DNA of 64,000 nucleotides from an uncultured Methanolobus sp. (GCA_963675495.1 OY776215.1:1408001-1472000); one strand, 5' to 3'; counted from the first letter of the stretch, positions 31,368-42,966 are shown. The notes: generated by a model not told the origin, from the letters alone. Program-made: numbers and translations.

Positions 31368-32165
31368 ATGACAGACATCGGGAAGAAAATTCGCATAGAA
31401 AGGATCATGCACAGAGAAAGCAGGAACATGGTAATAATTCCCATGGACCATGGATTATCAGATGGACCCATAAAAGGTCTGATAAATGTGGCAGATTCCA
31501 TAAATAAAGTTGCAGACGGTGGAGCGGATGCAATACTCATGCAAAAAGGAATCGTAACCCATGGACACAGAGGATATGGACATGATGTTGGGCTCATCGT
31601 CCACATGAGTGCTTCTACGAGCATCGCACGTGATCCAAATAACAAAGTACAGGTCTGTTCTGTGGAAGAGGTCATGAAAATGGGAGCTGACGCAGTATCA
31701 ATACATGTGAATGTGGGGTCAGAGACCGAAGCAGACCAGCTGCAAAAACTTGGAAGTGTAGCTGAAGAGTGTAACTACTGGGGAATGCCACTTCTCGCAA
31801 TGATGTACCCACGTGGAAAAGACATCGTCAACCCTCACGACTCTGAGCTGGTAGCACATGTTGCAAGGGTTGGTGCTGAGCTTGGTGCAGATGTTGTAAA
31901 AACCTTGTACACAGGAGATATCGATACTTTCAAGGACGTAGTCCAGGGTTGTCCCGTACCCGTGGTAATTGCAGGTGGACCAAAGACAAACACAGACAAG
32001 GAATTCCTTGAAATGATCCAGGGTGCCATGGAAGGCGGTGCAAGAGGTGTTGCAATAGGAAGAAATGTATTCCAGCATGAGAATCCTACAAAAATTACAA
32101 AAGCCATAACAGAGATAGTGCACCATAAAAAGTCAGTTGAAGAAGCACTGGAAAAACTGAAATAA
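31368..32165 (+). CDS. aroA': 2-amino-3,7-dideoxy-D-threo-hept-6-ulosonate synthase
   Basis: [34 protein letters not shown]; first gene of the aro operon. Confidence 0.92.
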   Translation: MTDIGKKIRIERIMHRESRNMVIIPMDHGLSDGPIKGLINVADSINKVADGGADAILMQKGIVTHGHRGYGHDVGLIVHMSASTSIARDPNNKVQVCSVEEVMKMGADAVSIHVNVGSETEADQLQKLGSVAEECNYWGMPLLAMMYPRGKDIVNPHDSELVAHVARVGAELGADVVKTLYTGDIDTFKDVVQGCPVPVVIAGGPKTNTDKEFLEMIQGAMEGGARGVAIGRNVFQHENPTKITKAITEIVHHKKSVEEALEKLK

Positions 32166-32201
32166 AGACAAATTAGTTTCTGTGCTTGCGGATGTGCTCA
32201 T

Positions 32202-33344
32202 ATGAATAATAAGATAATCTGGATAAAAGCCGACGAAGGCAACTGGGATGAACGCAAGGCTGTAATTACCACCGGAATGGAATCCGGCGTTGATGCCATA
32301 CTGGTCGATGCTGTCGATGTTGAAAAAGTGAAAGAGCTTGGAAATGTCAAGGTAGCTGCCTTTGCCTCTAATGAGGTCGAAAGAGCAGAAATAATCGTAG
32401 TCGGAAAGGGCGGAGAAGGAGACGGAACAAAACCATTGCCACCTGACTACGGCGGATCCCTTGACATCACAACTGCCCTTCGCTTGAAAGAAAAGGGTGT
32501 TAAGGTTGCAGGATACGTCATCATCCAGAACAAGAACTACGAGAACTTTGCAGCAGAAATGGGAAACATCTGCGATTATCTCATTACCATAGGTACTGAC
32601 TGGCAGGTCATTCCACTGGAAAACCTCATTGCAGGGTTACAGAAAAAGGATGTAAAACTCATATCAGGAGTTCAGACCTCAGATGAAGCAAAGCTTGCTT
32701 TCGAGACAATGGAACACGGCACAGACGGAGTAATGCTTGACACAAGAGACCTGAGCCAGATAAAGAAGACTGCAGATATTGCTGAAAGTGCCGGCGTCAA
32801 TAACCTTGAGATCAAAACAGCTGTTGTTACAAATGTAGAATCCATAGGAATGGGTGACAGAGTTTGTGTGGACACCTGCAATTTGATGGTCAGAGGCGAA
32901 GGAATGCTTGTGGGTTCACAGGCAAACGGCATGTTCCTTGTGCACTCAGAATCAGAGGAAAGCCCGTACGTTGCATCCCGCCCATTCAGGGTCAATGCCG
33001 GTGCTGTACATGCTTACATCAAAGTAGGTGAAAAGACCCGCTACCTTTCCGAGCTTAAGGCAGGAGATCAAGTAACCATAGTTGATGGTGACGGAAAGCA
33101 GAGAACAGGAGTTGTCGGCAGAGTAAAGATAGAAAGAAGGCCACTCATCCTCGTTGAAGCTGATCTCAATGGAAAAATTATCAAGAATATCCTGCAAAAC
33201 GCAGAAACAATTAAACTTGTCACAAAGGACAAAGAACCCGTAGCTGTGACCGATATAAAGGTTGGGGATGAGATACTTGTCCACTCAGAGGACATAGGCC
33301 GCCACTTCGGAATGAAGATAGAAGAGACCATTATCGAGAAATAA
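32202..33344 (+). CDS. aroB': 3-dehydroquinate synthase II
   Basis: DWQVIPLENLIA, GDRVCVDTC, RPFRVNAGAVH, LQNAETI, GRHFG. Confidence 0.95.
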   Translation: MNNKIIWIKADEGNWDERKAVITTGMESGVDAILVDAVDVEKVKELGNVKVAAFASNEVERAEIIVVGKGGEGDGTKPLPPDYGGSLDITTALRLKEKGVKVAGYVIIQNKNYENFAAEMGNICDYLITIGTDWQVIPLENLIAGLQKKDVKLISGVQTSDEAKLAFETMEHGTDGVMLDTRDLSQIKKTADIAESAGVNNLEIKTAVVTNVESIGMGDRVCVDTCNLMVRGEGMLVGSQANGMFLVHSESEESPYVASRPFRVNAGAVHAYIKVGEKTRYLSELKAGDQVTIVDGDGKQRTGVVGRVKIERRPLILVEADLNGKIIKNILQNAETIKLVTKDKEPVAVTDIKVGDEILVHSEDIGRHFGMKIEETIIEK

Positions 33345-33361
33345 GTAAGGAGTTGTCGCTG

Positions 33362-34066
33362 ATGGTAAAAATAGGCACTTTTGATCTTGATAAAAGACCT
33401 GCAATCGTTTCCGTGATAGACGATGATCCGGCAGAGAGTGCAAAAGCTGCAAACTGGCTGGGTGCCAATGTGCTGGAATTGAGACTGGACCTTCTCAATT
33501 TTTCAGACATTGAAGAGGCGAAGAAAACCATTGAGAGGATCAAAGTTAACACCAACCTCCCGTGTATTGCAACCAACAGATTACAATCTGATGGTGGTAA
33601 GTGGGAAGGCAGCGAGGATGAAAGAATTTCAGTATTAACAAATATTCTTCCTTTTGTAGAAGCCATTGATATAGAGCTCAGTTCAAATGCAGACCAGCGC
33701 AGCAAACTCATCGATGCAGCAAAGGCGGCTGGAGTAACAGTTATCGTTTCAGCTCATGATTTCAACGCCACCCCTTCTGTTGAAGAAATGAAGAAGATAC
33801 TCACCAGTGCCCATGATGCAGGTGCCGATATTGCAAAACTGGCAGTAATGGCACAATCAAAACAGGATGTACTTGGCGTGCTTCAGGCAACCACAGACAT
33901 GGACAAACCAGTATGCACTATTGCAATGGGTGAAGTTGGAAAACACAGCCGCATAGTTGCACCATGTTACGGATCACGCCTGACATACGGTGCAATAGCA
34001 AAAGCTGTGGCTCCCGGACAGATTAAGATACATGAACTTAAATCAGCCCTGGAGATTCTTTTTTGA
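33362..34066 (+). CDS. aroD: type I 3-dehydroquinate dehydratase
   Basis: ELRLD, ATNR...GG, DIEL, SAHDF, IAKLAV, IAMG, APGQ; ATG 33362 preferred over TTG 33353. Confidence 0.93.
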   Translation: MVKIGTFDLDKRPAIVSVIDDDPAESAKAANWLGANVLELRLDLLNFSDIEEAKKTIERIKVNTNLPCIATNRLQSDGGKWEGSEDERISVLTNILPFVEAIDIELSSNADQRSKLIDAAKAAGVTVIVSAHDFNATPSVEEMKKILTSAHDAGADIAKLAVMAQSKQDVLGVLQATTDMDKPVCTIAMGEVGKHSRIVAPCYGSRLTYGAIAKAVAPGQIKIHELKSALEILF

Positions 34067-34878
34067 GAACTGTTTTCGGAGTATTTGGAGATCCAATAGC
34101 ACATTCACGGTCTCCGAATATGCATAATGCAGCTTTCGCAGAACTTGGCATGGAGTGTACCTACCATGCTTTCAAAGTTAGTCCTGGTAACCTGAAGGAT
34201 GCCCTTCTTGGAGCTAAAGCCATGGGTTTTGGTGGTGTGAACCTCACAGTCCCATTGAAACAGGAAGCATTGAGCATAGTTGATGCCGACCCGCTGGCAA
34301 AGAGCATAGGTGCTGTCAATACAGTTGATTTCAAAAATGGAATGAAAGGCTACAATACCGATGGTCTTGGAGCAAAACGTACCCTTGAGGAAAAAGATGT
34401 GAGAGTAGATGGTTCCAAAGTGCTTATAGTAGGTGCGGGTGGTGCTGCACGTGCAATAGCGTTCCAGTTTGCGAAGGACGGAGCAAATATCACCATTGCC
34501 AACAGGACAGAAAAGAAGGCTATTGACCTTGCAACGGATGTATCGGCAGTTGGTCCCGCCAACGGATGTGGGCTTGATAAATTGAAGGGACTTATCAATG
34601 ACACCGATATTCTTGTTAATTGCACAACCCAGGGAATGCACCCCAATACTGAAGGAAGCATAGCAACGGCAGAGGACATGCACCCTGAACTTGCCGTATT
34701 TGATATTGTTTACAACCCGCTGGAAACCAGGCTTTTGAGAGAAGCAAATAAAGCAGGTGCAAAGGCAGTCACCGGAGAAATGATGCTTGTCTACCAGGGT
34801 GCAGAGGCATTCAGGATATGGACAGGTGTTGAGCCGCCGATCGACGTTATGAAAAGAGCAGTACTGGAGGGGCTCTGA
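34063..34878 (+). CDS. aroE: shikimate dehydrogenase
   Basis: HSRSP.MHN, NLTVPLK, GAVNT, NTDG, GAGGAARA, DIVYNP. Confidence 0.95.
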   Translation: MRTVFGVFGDPIAHSRSPNMHNAAFAELGMECTYHAFKVSPGNLKDALLGAKAMGFGGVNLTVPLKQEALSIVDADPLAKSIGAVNTVDFKNGMKGYNTDGLGAKRTLEEKDVRVDGSKVLIVGAGGAARAIAFQFAKDGANITIANRTEKKAIDLATDVSAVGPANGCGLDKLKGLINDTDILVNCTTQGMHPNTEGSIATAEDMHPELAVFDIVYNPLETRLLREANKAGAKAVTGEMMLVYQGAEAFRIWTGVEPPIDVMKRAVLEGL

Positions 34879-34880
34879 AT

Positions 34881-36197
34881 TTGAAAGTCCTTATTATAGG
34901 CGGTACTGGAGAGATGGGACAGTGGTTCACCCCTTTTTTTAAGAACCACGGTTACGAAGTTGTTGTCTGGGGCAGCAGTGGAAAAGTTGAGATAGCAGAG
35001 CGAATGGAAGTCGAATTTGCAAAGGACCTTGATACTGCCATTAGTACAAGTGACATCGTAATCGTCACTGTGCCTATCAATATCACTGAAAAGGTAATTA
35101 GTGAGACTGCACCAAAAATGAAGGATGGCAGTCTGCTTATGGATTTCACATCCCTTAAAGCAGGACCAACTGAAGCCATGAAGAAATACGCACCGGAAGG
35201 TGTGGAGATACTTGGCACACACCCCATGTTCGGGCCATCCATACCAAGCCTGCATGGCCAGATATTCATACTAACACCAATCGAGGGACGATGCGATAAA
35301 TGGTTCCCTGTGATGAGGTCACTTTTTGAAGATAACGGTGCACATATCGAAGTAATAAGTCCGGCTGAGCATGACAGGTTCGTGTCCGTTGTGCAGGGAC
35401 TGACACACTTTGCATACATCACCATCGGTACGACCTTTGAAAGACTTGATTTCAGTGTGAATGAATCAAGGCGTTTTATGAGTCCTGTGTATGACATCAT
35501 GCTTGATTTCGTAGGCAGGATACTGGGACAGAACCCATACCTCTATGCATACATCCAGATGGAGAACCCGGAAGTCCTCAAAGTACATGATGCGTTCATG
35601 CAGCAATGCAGTGAGATGTCATCCATTGTCAGAGAAAAGGATGTTGAAGCATTCACGACTAAAATGAGAGATGCTGCCATTCATTTCGGAGATACGGCAT
35701 CGGCACTGCGTCGTTCTGATAAGCTCATAAACTCAAAGATAGCTGAGTTCGATGAACTGATAGATTCCATTGGTATGGAAAGAGGACTCAAGCATATATA
35801 TTCCAATATTGTCCACATTGGAATAGTAAAAAAGGTTACTCCGAGAGGTGTAGTCCTCTTTGTGGGTAACAGGTTAGTACCCCTTAAAATGGAGAATGTA
35901 CGCCTCCTTTCCGCAGAGGAACTTAAAGCATGGAAAAATAAGATTTTGATGCATCACACAAGAGATATCTCAGTACTTATCCCTCAAGGCTCGAAACCGG
36001 AAGCGATTTGCAATGTAATTGCCTGCAATGACAATATTATCTCCGTCAGGAAGATCGATACGTACACAGGAGTAGAAGGAACGGACAGGACCAGTGTAAC
36101 TTACCGCATCAATATAACCGGAGATTCCGATGCAGCAAGAGTGAACGACGAGATCGTAGAGCAGCTGTGTGGCATAGGCTGTAAACTCAGAACCTGA
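34881..36197 (+). CDS. tyrA: prephenate dehydrogenase with C-terminal extension
   Basis: IIGGTGEMG, DFTSLK, HPMFGP, EHDRFVSVVQGLTH. Confidence 0.9.
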   Translation: MKVLIIGGTGEMGQWFTPFFKNHGYEVVVWGSSGKVEIAERMEVEFAKDLDTAISTSDIVIVTVPINITEKVISETAPKMKDGSLLMDFTSLKAGPTEAMKKYAPEGVEILGTHPMFGPSIPSLHGQIFILTPIEGRCDKWFPVMRSLFEDNGAHIEVISPAEHDRFVSVVQGLTHFAYITIGTTFERLDFSVNESRRFMSPVYDIMLDFVGRILGQNPYLYAYIQMENPEVLKVHDAFMQQCSEMSSIVREKDVEAFTTKMRDAAIHFGDTASALRRSDKLINSKIAEFDELIDSIGMERGLKHIYSNIVHIGIVKKVTPRGVVLFVGNRLVPLKMENVRLLSAEELKAWKNKILMHHTRDISVLIPQGSKPEAICNVIACNDNIISVRKIDTYTGVEGTDRTSVTYRINITGDSDAARVNDEIVEQLCGIGCKLRT

Positions 36198-36300
36198 TGT
36201 CCATTATAGTTGAATTCACAATCAATTGGTCACACTGTTCTGACAATTTATCAGGGTAAACGTTATCAGGCATCTGAACCTACACCAAGTAAGTGATAAT

Positions 36301-36591
36301 GTGAAAGGTTCATCCCCAAGCCCCCAACAATATAACCTGATCTATAAGATAGGTGTCTTTTTTACCGCTGCTTTTGGACTGTACCTGGGAATCTCGGGAC
36401 TTTACCTCATTATAGTTGACGGGAACTTCTTAGCTGGCATACCACTCTTCATTGCCGCAATACTGATAGCACCCCCGCCAATAGGCATATACAGAATGGT
36501 GAAAGATAAGTTCAATGTAGACCTTTCAATGGCCTTACGGATGATAATTGCAACCCTGATGCTGTTCGTTGCATGGTTGAATCTGCGCTGA
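36301..36591 (+). CDS. small hypothetical membrane protein
   Basis: Three hydrophobic helices; fills the gap between tyrA and tpiA. Confidence 0.6.
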   Translation: MKGSSPSPQQYNLIYKIGVFFTAAFGLYLGISGLYLIIVDGNFLAGIPLFIAAILIAPPPIGIYRMVKDKFNVDLSMALRMIIATLMLFVAWLNLR

Positions 36592-36612
36592 AAAATAAGT
36601 AAGAAAAAATAA

Positions 36613-37281
36613 TCAGACCTTGCTTACAAGGTCTTCAAGTGCAGCTTTAGGGTCTGCAGCTTTTACAATACCTGATGCCAGCAGAACACCGACAGAACCA
36701 AGTTCAAGAGCTGCTGCAAGGTCTTCCCCTTTTGAGATACCTGCGCCACAGAGAACCTCTACTGCCGGGTTGATTCTCTTTACTGCTTCAACAGAACCCG
36801 TTACAACTCCAGGGTCTGCTTTTGATACAGGGATACCGGAACCGATGAGCTCAGGTGGTTCCACTGCAACATAATCAGGACCTAGAGCTGCTGCTGCCGC
36901 TGATGTCGCAATGTTGTTGGTACAGACTATTGTCTTAAGACCTGCACCCTTTGCGGTTGTGATGGATGCATCGATGTTTGCAAGTGTAAGGCGGCATTCG
37001 GAGTGGTTGATGAGAGTTCCAACTGCACCGGCATCTTTGATCGACTGGACAAATGCGCTTCCTGTAAAGCTGCCTGCTCCAACAGGGTCAAGACTCTGGG
37101 AATAGACCGGCAGGTCAACCTGTGACGCAACACGGTAGATATCACAGAATTGAGGTGCGACACCGATCTCGATGCCTGAATCGTCTGCAACTTCCATACA
37201 TGCCTGTGCAACCTTTACGGCGCCTTCACCTGTGCCCTCAAGATATGTCTTAAGGTTCAGGACTATTAGTGTAGAACTCAA
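36613..37281 (-). CDS. tpiA: triosephosphate isomerase (archaeal type)
   Basis: NLKTY, INHSE, AVEPPELIGSG, CGAGI, LLASG; TTG 37281 after GGAGA. Confidence 0.95.
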   Translation of the reverse strand: MSSTLIVLNLKTYLEGTGEGAVKVAQACMEVADDSGIEIGVAPQFCDIYRVASQVDLPVYSQSLDPVGAGSFTGSAFVQSIKDAGAVGTLINHSECRLTLANIDASITTAKGAGLKTIVCTNNIATSAAAAALGPDYVAVEPPELIGSGIPVSKADPGVVTGSVEAVKRINPAVEVLCGAGISKGEDLAAALELGSVGVLLASGIVKAADPKAALEDLVSKV

Positions 37282-37433
37282 ATCAAATCTCTCCAATATG
37301 AATATCAGTATACGTATTATGTATGCAGCAATATAGATGTAACTCCAACTATAAATATAAGAGTGGAAAGAAGATTATAAAGAACCAAGAATCTAAGAAA
37401 AAAAGAAGATAAGAGTGTGGAAATCCCACACGC

Positions 37434-38612
37434 TTAGAAATCAGTCATTACTCTGAACTGGTCGATCTCAGGGTTGTTAAGACCTTCAATGAATTTCTCT
37501 GCGACCTGCCTTACATCCTTTGCGTTGGTGATTGCTCTTCCAACTACAAGAACGTCAGCACCTGCTGAAAGTGCATCAGGCATTGTGTCAATACGTACGC
37601 CACCAGCTACTGCCACCAGAAGTTTTGGTGAAAGCGCCTTGATGTCTTCGATGCTTCCCCATGCATGTGCAGAGGTCTCTACATCGATACCACGGTGCAG
37701 TTCAACTACATCTGGCAGAACATCAAGCTGTTTGAGTACAGCTACAGGGTCATCGCAGTTGAGTGTGTCCATAACAGCATAGATACCTGTCTTGTGAGCT
37801 TCCTCGATTACCTTGTTAAGGGTTGGTATTGGCGCAAGTGCGGAAACAACAATAGCATCTGCGGTTGCGTCTGCGACCATACGAGCCTCGAGGTTACCTG
37901 TGTCGAGGGTCTTAAGGTCAGCAACTATGAATGCATCCGGACGGACCTCTCTGAGCTTGCCGATAACATCTGTACCATAGCGTTTGATAAGAGGTGTACC
38001 AGCTTCGAGAATAACGTGGTCGCTCTTTGGGATCTGCTTGACGATATCCAGAATTACAGGAAGGTTAGGGTTGTCAAGTGCAACCTGAAGATATGGCGGG
38101 TTCCAGAGTCTGGATACCTTGAATCCCATGATAGCGTGACCCATTCTGTCCTTCTCCTTGAGTACTGTGTCAACGTCAGGGAAGCCATCTACTGCGCGCT
38201 TTACAGCGAGTTTTGCTGCTCCGTAGTTGTATCTGTAGATCTTGTTGTAGTCAGTTGCTTCAGGGTGGATGAACACACTTGCGACAACAACTATGTCTTC
38301 AATGTCCATGTCACCGAATGCTCCCTCTTCAAGAGCATCTGCAACAGCTTTGGATACAGCAGCCTGTGCAGGACCGAAGATCTGTGCAGCCTGATCCATG
38401 TTCTTTACTGTGACTTTAGGGACGATAAGTGTTGCTGGCTTTGCAGGAAGGTTTGGACGAATTACTGAAAGCAGAGGTGTGTGACCTACTGACAACTGTG
38501 TAAAACCATTTGCGAATGCCTGGCCCACTGGACCGTCTTTATTGCCGACCATAACGTCAACATGTGCGAGTTCTGGTGCCTCGCCAATTAATGCTTCTCC
38601 GATTAGTAACAT
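37434..38612 (-). CDS. fae-hps: bifunctional formaldehyde-activating enzyme / 3-hexulose-6-phosphate synthase
   Basis: GEALIG...[22 protein letters not shown] (Fae); [20 protein letters not shown] (Hps). Confidence 0.95.
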   Translation of the reverse strand: MLLIGEALIGEAPELAHVDVMVGNKDGPVGQAFANGFTQLSVGHTPLLSVIRPNLPAKPATLIVPKVTVKNMDQAAQIFGPAQAAVSKAVADALEEGAFGDMDIEDIVVVASVFIHPEATDYNKIYRYNYGAAKLAVKRAVDGFPDVDTVLKEKDRMGHAIMGFKVSRLWNPPYLQVALDNPNLPVILDIVKQIPKSDHVILEAGTPLIKRYGTDVIGKLREVRPDAFIVADLKTLDTGNLEARMVADATADAIVVSALAPIPTLNKVIEEAHKTGIYAVMDTLNCDDPVAVLKQLDVLPDVVELHRGIDVETSAHAWGSIEDIKALSPKLLVAVAGGVRIDTMPDALSAGADVLVVGRAITNAKDVRQVAEKFIEGLNNPEIDQFRVMTDF

Positions 38613-38813
38613 GATTCTCACTCTTATATACTAAATAAATATTAGTTCGTTCATTAGTTAATTAATGCTAGTGCAAGTATGAAATTTATCAGTTCTCGTG
38701 CAAAACCAGTGCTTTTTATATTAGAGTTACGGCATAAAACACAAGATTTGTGCTTTATATAGTATATACCGATAAATAGTTTGTTGAAACTATCTTTTTT
38801 AGTTTGAAAAGTA

Positions 38814-39425
38814 TCAGATGATCTTGGGACAGATATCATCCATAATACATTCTTCACATTTCGGGCCCACTGGCCGGCATACATTCTGACCGAACAACAC
38901 CATAAGCCCATTTATGTCCTTCCAGTCCTGTTTTGATATTACCTTTTCAAGCTCTTTTTCCGTTTCATCCGGCTCGGAAGTTTCAACCAGACCCAGGCGA
39001 TTGGATATCCTGTGCACATGAGTATCTACTGCTATGACATCCTGTTCGAAACCATATCCAAGCACACAATTAGCAGTCTTTCTACCCACTCCGGGTAGTT
39101 TAAGGAGCTCATCCATACTGTCAGGCACAACCCCGGCATAATCCTGTAAAATGATGCGGGAAATTTCGATGATGCGCTGGGCTTTCACCCTGTAGAAACC
39201 CACATTTCTGATTAGTTCCTGTATCTCATCAACATCTGCCCCTGCCATTTCCCGGACGGTGCCAAAGACACTGAAAAGTTTCTGGCTTGTGGGAATCGTA
39301 ACATCGTCACGGGTGCGCTGGGACAACACAGTAGATATCAAAAGATAAAAAGGATCCCTGTTAATGTGAAAATATCCGCCCGGATACAGTTCTTTGAGAC
39401 GTGAGACTACATCTTCGACATACAT
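38814..39425 (-). CDS. nth: endonuclease III
   Basis: LSQRTRD, HhH LPGVGRKTA, VDTHVHR, CxxxxxxCxxCxxxxxC. Confidence 0.95.
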   Translation of the reverse strand: MYVEDVVSRLKELYPGGYFHINRDPFYLLISTVLSQRTRDDVTIPTSQKLFSVFGTVREMAGADVDEIQELIRNVGFYRVKAQRIIEISRIILQDYAGVVPDSMDELLKLPGVGRKTANCVLGYGFEQDVIAVDTHVHRISNRLGLVETSEPDETEKELEKVISKQDWKDINGLMVLFGQNVCRPVGPKCEECIMDDICPKII

Positions 39426-39526
39426 AAAAAGATGGAAAACCCCAGCATATAAAATACTTTGTGAATAGTGCTTTCAAAAAGAGTGAAATGCAAACAAGTA
39501 GTATTTTCAGTGTAAAATATGCACTG

Positions 39527-41845
39527 CTAAGTTTTGCTTGTACATTGATTTTTGCTTTTAGAGTAGGAAGGGAAAGATACGTGGACAGTTGTTCCTGCAC
39601 CTTCATCACTTTCGATCCATATTTTACCACCATGTATCTCTGCTATTGTTTTACTGACGTATAGCCCTAATCCGCTCCCGCCATACTTCCTTGACATGGA
39701 ACTATCTATCTGGTAAAAACGTTTGAAAATATTGGATGCCTCATGCTTAGGTATGCCTATTCCGGAATCTTTGATCATTATACGAACATCGTCTTCTTCC
39801 TTAAACGCACGAATAAGAACCTTTGAGCCATTGGAGCTGAATTTTACGGCATTATCAATTATGGATCTGAAAAGATAAGGCATGTACTCTACATCCCCTT
39901 TTATTAAAGGCAGATCCTCTTCAAGATCAAGAAGAAGTATCATATCCTTATCCTGGGATCTGAATGAAAAATATTCAACCACTTTCTTCAAGCTGTCCTC
40001 TATCCTGATGGGGTCCAGTCTGTAATCTACCTTACCTGATTTGACAATGCTCATGTATATTAGTGAGTCCATCAGGAAACTCAAGTGATCATATTTATCA
40101 AGGACCGTTTTCATGGCATTTTTCTGCTTAGGGTTAAGTGGTCCCATAACTTCGTCATAGACAAGCTCACTATAGCCCTTTATAGAAATAAGAGGAGTCT
40201 TGAGTTCATGACTTAAATTGGAAAGGAATTCATTTTTCATCCTCTCAAGAGATTTAAGTTCCTCATTTTTTTGAGATAATTCCTCAGTATACAAACTGAT
40301 TTCCTCATAAGCTTTTTTGCGCTCAGAAATATCACGGGTCACCCCAAGGAAGAACTGGAAATTACCATCGTCATCACAAACAGGGTTTGCAACTGCTTCA
40401 GTCCACACGCGAGATCCGTTCTTGTGAAATTGTTCTACTTCAAAAATCTCTGAATATTGGCCTTCGCCAGCCTTTAATTTCCCATAGAAACTGTTAATTG
40501 CATCAACTACTTTGTTCTTGTGTTCCGGAGGGAAGATATCATCAAATGTCTGGTTGATAACTTCTTCAGGCGTATATCCTCGCAATTTGAAAACAGACGG
40601 ACTGACATATGTGAATTTACCTTCGGGACTCAGAGTCCATATTACATCATTTGCATTTTCAGCAAGAAGGCGGAACTTTTGTTCACTTTCTTTTAAGATC
40701 TTTTCTGTATGTTTACGTTCGCTTATATCCCTTAAGTTGCTCAAAAGAGCATTTGATCCATTATATTCAATTACCCTTACACCCATTTCAACAGGAACAC
40801 GGCTGCTGTCTTTTTTCAAATATGTGAGCTCGAATCTATCATATTTATTTTTAATTACTGCTGCCACCTTTTCATCACAGGTTCCCTGATGTTCCTTGGC
40901 TACAAGATCATGCCTTGTCATCATCAGCAATTCTTCAATTTTATAACCAAGCATATCAGATGCAACTAAATTTGCATCGATAACATTGCAATCAAAGTCA
41001 AAAATAATAATTGCGTCTGCAGCGTTTTCAAACAGCACCCGGAATTTTTCTTCAGATGTTTTTAATTTCATTGAAGCCAGCCGCTCCTCCGTCACATCTG
41101 AACCGGAACTGAGTATTCCTGAAATGTTCCCGTCCTGATCTCTAAAAGGTGAATTGTTCCAATGGATTATCCTTTTTCCTTTATTCTTTGTGAGGATACT
41201 ATTTTCGAACACCTTTGCTTCATCGACATTACCTTTTATTATACTGTTAAAAGCTGAGAGTACAGCATCTTTTTCATCAGGAGGTACAAACATTTCTACC
41301 CAATTTTTGCCAATCAGATCTGATTCTTCGCACCCTACAACCTGACAGCATTTATTGTTGGCAAGTTGTACAGTACCATCCATGTTAAAAGCAATAATCA
41401 TACAACCTGCAGTATCAAGATAATTTTGTGCCCTGTCCCTTTCGAAACTAAGTTCATCATATAGCTGCTTGTTCTTTAACAGGCTCCGTGCCCTTGTAAG
41501 AACCTCAACCCTGTCAATGGGTTTAACGAGAAATTCGTCTGCACCAGCCTCAAGTCCCTTGATCCTGTCATCCTTCGATGACAGGGCAGTTACCATAATG
41601 ACTGGAATAAAACGTGTTGCATCAGAAGTCTTTATCCTGCGACACACTTCATATCCATTCATACCTGGCATCATTATGTCGAGCAGCACAAGATCAATAT
41701 GTTCTGATCCAATGATATCAAGAGCTTCTGAACCACTATAAGCTGCCCGTACAATATAATCCCTTGAAAGAAAAACTTCTAAAAGCTTAACGTTAAGAGG
41801 ATCATCATCAACGACCAATATGGTATATTCGAATTTTTTGTCCAT
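39527..41845 (-). CDS. hybrid sensor histidine kinase (REC-3xPAS-HisKA-HATPase)
   Basis: VVDDD, LLDIMMPG; PAS/PAC repeats; SHELKTPL; DNAVKF, DSGIGI, GSGLGL. Confidence 0.93.
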   Translation of the reverse strand: MDKKFEYTILVVDDDPLNVKLLEVFLSRDYIVRAAYSGSEALDIIGSEHIDLVLLDIMMPGMNGYEVCRRIKTSDATRFIPVIMVTALSSKDDRIKGLEAGADEFLVKPIDRVEVLTRARSLLKNKQLYDELSFERDRAQNYLDTAGCMIIAFNMDGTVQLANNKCCQVVGCEESDLIGKNWVEMFVPPDEKDAVLSAFNSIIKGNVDEAKVFENSILTKNKGKRIIHWNNSPFRDQDGNISGILSSGSDVTEERLASMKLKTSEEKFRVLFENAADAIIIFDFDCNVIDANLVASDMLGYKIEELLMMTRHDLVAKEHQGTCDEKVAAVIKNKYDRFELTYLKKDSSRVPVEMGVRVIEYNGSNALLSNLRDISERKHTEKILKESEQKFRLLAENANDVIWTLSPEGKFTYVSPSVFKLRGYTPEEVINQTFDDIFPPEHKNKVVDAINSFYGKLKAGEGQYSEIFEVEQFHKNGSRVWTEAVANPVCDDDGNFQFFLGVTRDISERKKAYEEISLYTEELSQKNEELKSLERMKNEFLSNLSHELKTPLISIKGYSELVYDEVMGPLNPKQKNAMKTVLDKYDHLSFLMDSLIYMSIVKSGKVDYRLDPIRIEDSLKKVVEYFSFRSQDKDMILLLDLEEDLPLIKGDVEYMPYLFRSIIDNAVKFSSNGSKVLIRAFKEEDDVRIMIKDSGIGIPKHEASNIFKRFYQIDSSMSRKYGGSGLGLYVSKTIAEIHGGKIWIESDEGAGTTVHVSFPSYSKSKNQCTSKT

Positions 41846-42038
41846 ACTACTGTAAACCTTGGCGGTGTTATGATAAAATATAAGTTGAGATTATAGATAT
41901 TCAGTAATTGTTAACACGATAATGTGGTTTAAGGAAATGTTCAATTGTTGCATATTATTCTTATATACTTGTTAATATATAAATACCATTCACTGGATTT
42001 TCGATTTTCTTAAAATACCAAAAGATAAGGAACTAAAA

Positions 42039-42506
42039 ATGATAGAATCTCTTTCAGTATCAATAGAAGAACATGCATTTTTTGGACTGTTCATAACAAG
42101 CTTTCTTGCTTCCACAATCTTACCACTTGGATCTGAAGCACTTGTCGTGTTACTTATCAGCAAGGGTTTTGATACCCTGTCAGTCATAATGGTAGCTTCA
42201 ATAGGTAACTATCTTGGAGCGTGTACCACATATTACATAGGACTAAGGGGACGAATGGACATAATAGAGAGATTCTTTTCGATATCCAAAAAACAACTTG
42301 AAAAAGCAGACCAACTTTTTGCAAAATACGGAACCTTCCTGCTTCTTTTAACGTGGTTGCCATTGATAGGAGATGCTATTGCAGCGACTGGTGGACTATT
42401 AAAACTTGATTTTAAGTCATTTTCAATTTACGTGTTCATAGGAAAAATGGCAAGATACGCAGCACTGGCATATATTACATTGACGACGCTGGCAAGTGTC
42501 CAGTGA
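42039..42506 (+). CDS. YqaA/DedA (VTT) family membrane protein
   Basis: FLASTILPLGSE, ASIGNYLG, WLPLIGD, GKMARY. Confidence 0.88.
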   Translation: MIESLSVSIEEHAFFGLFITSFLASTILPLGSEALVVLLISKGFDTLSVIMVASIGNYLGACTTYYIGLRGRMDIIERFFSISKKQLEKADQLFAKYGTFLLLLTWLPLIGDAIAATGGLLKLDFKSFSIYVFIGKMARYAALAYITLTTLASVQ

Positions 42507-42634
42507 AACATATATTTCATGATCAAAATATTTAAAACAATAAAAGATGAAGGAAAAAGTGTTTATAGTGATCATGTTCATATATTTGCATATATATTTT
42601 ACAAATTATAGTAAACACTTTAAACGGGATTAAA

Positions 42635-42829
42635 ATGGCACAATTAGACCTTGATGAAAAATCAATGAAGAAAACTGCTTTGCTCATACCTGTTGCAGTG
42701 ATTCTTGGAACTCTATTGGCAATCATAGCGCATAAGACATTACAATCTACAACAGCGTTGCTCACTATTTTTATAGGAACCATCATTGTAGCTCTTGCCA
42801 CTTACGCCCTGGTAAAAAAAAAGAGTTGA
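42635..42829 (+). CDS. small two-helix membrane protein
   Basis: Two hydrophobic segments, basic C-terminus; GGGA SD. Confidence 0.55.
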   Translation: MAQLDLDEKSMKKTALLIPVAVILGTLLAIIAHKTLQSTTALLTIFIGTIIVALATYALVKKKS

Positions 42830-42892
42830 TATTGGAATAACAAAAAAATTAACGATAACTTTATAGACAGGGAACATAATGTATCTAAGTCT

Positions 42893-42966
42893 GGGCTCGT
42901 GGTCTAGCTGGTTATGACGTTGCCTTCACACGGCAGAGGTCGGGTGTTCGAATCTCCCCGGGCCCA
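42893..42966 (+). tRNA. tRNA-Val(CAC)
   Basis: Acceptor GGGCTCG/CGGGCCC; anticodon arm TTGCC-TTCACAC-GGCAG; TTCGAAT T-loop. Confidence 0.93.
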
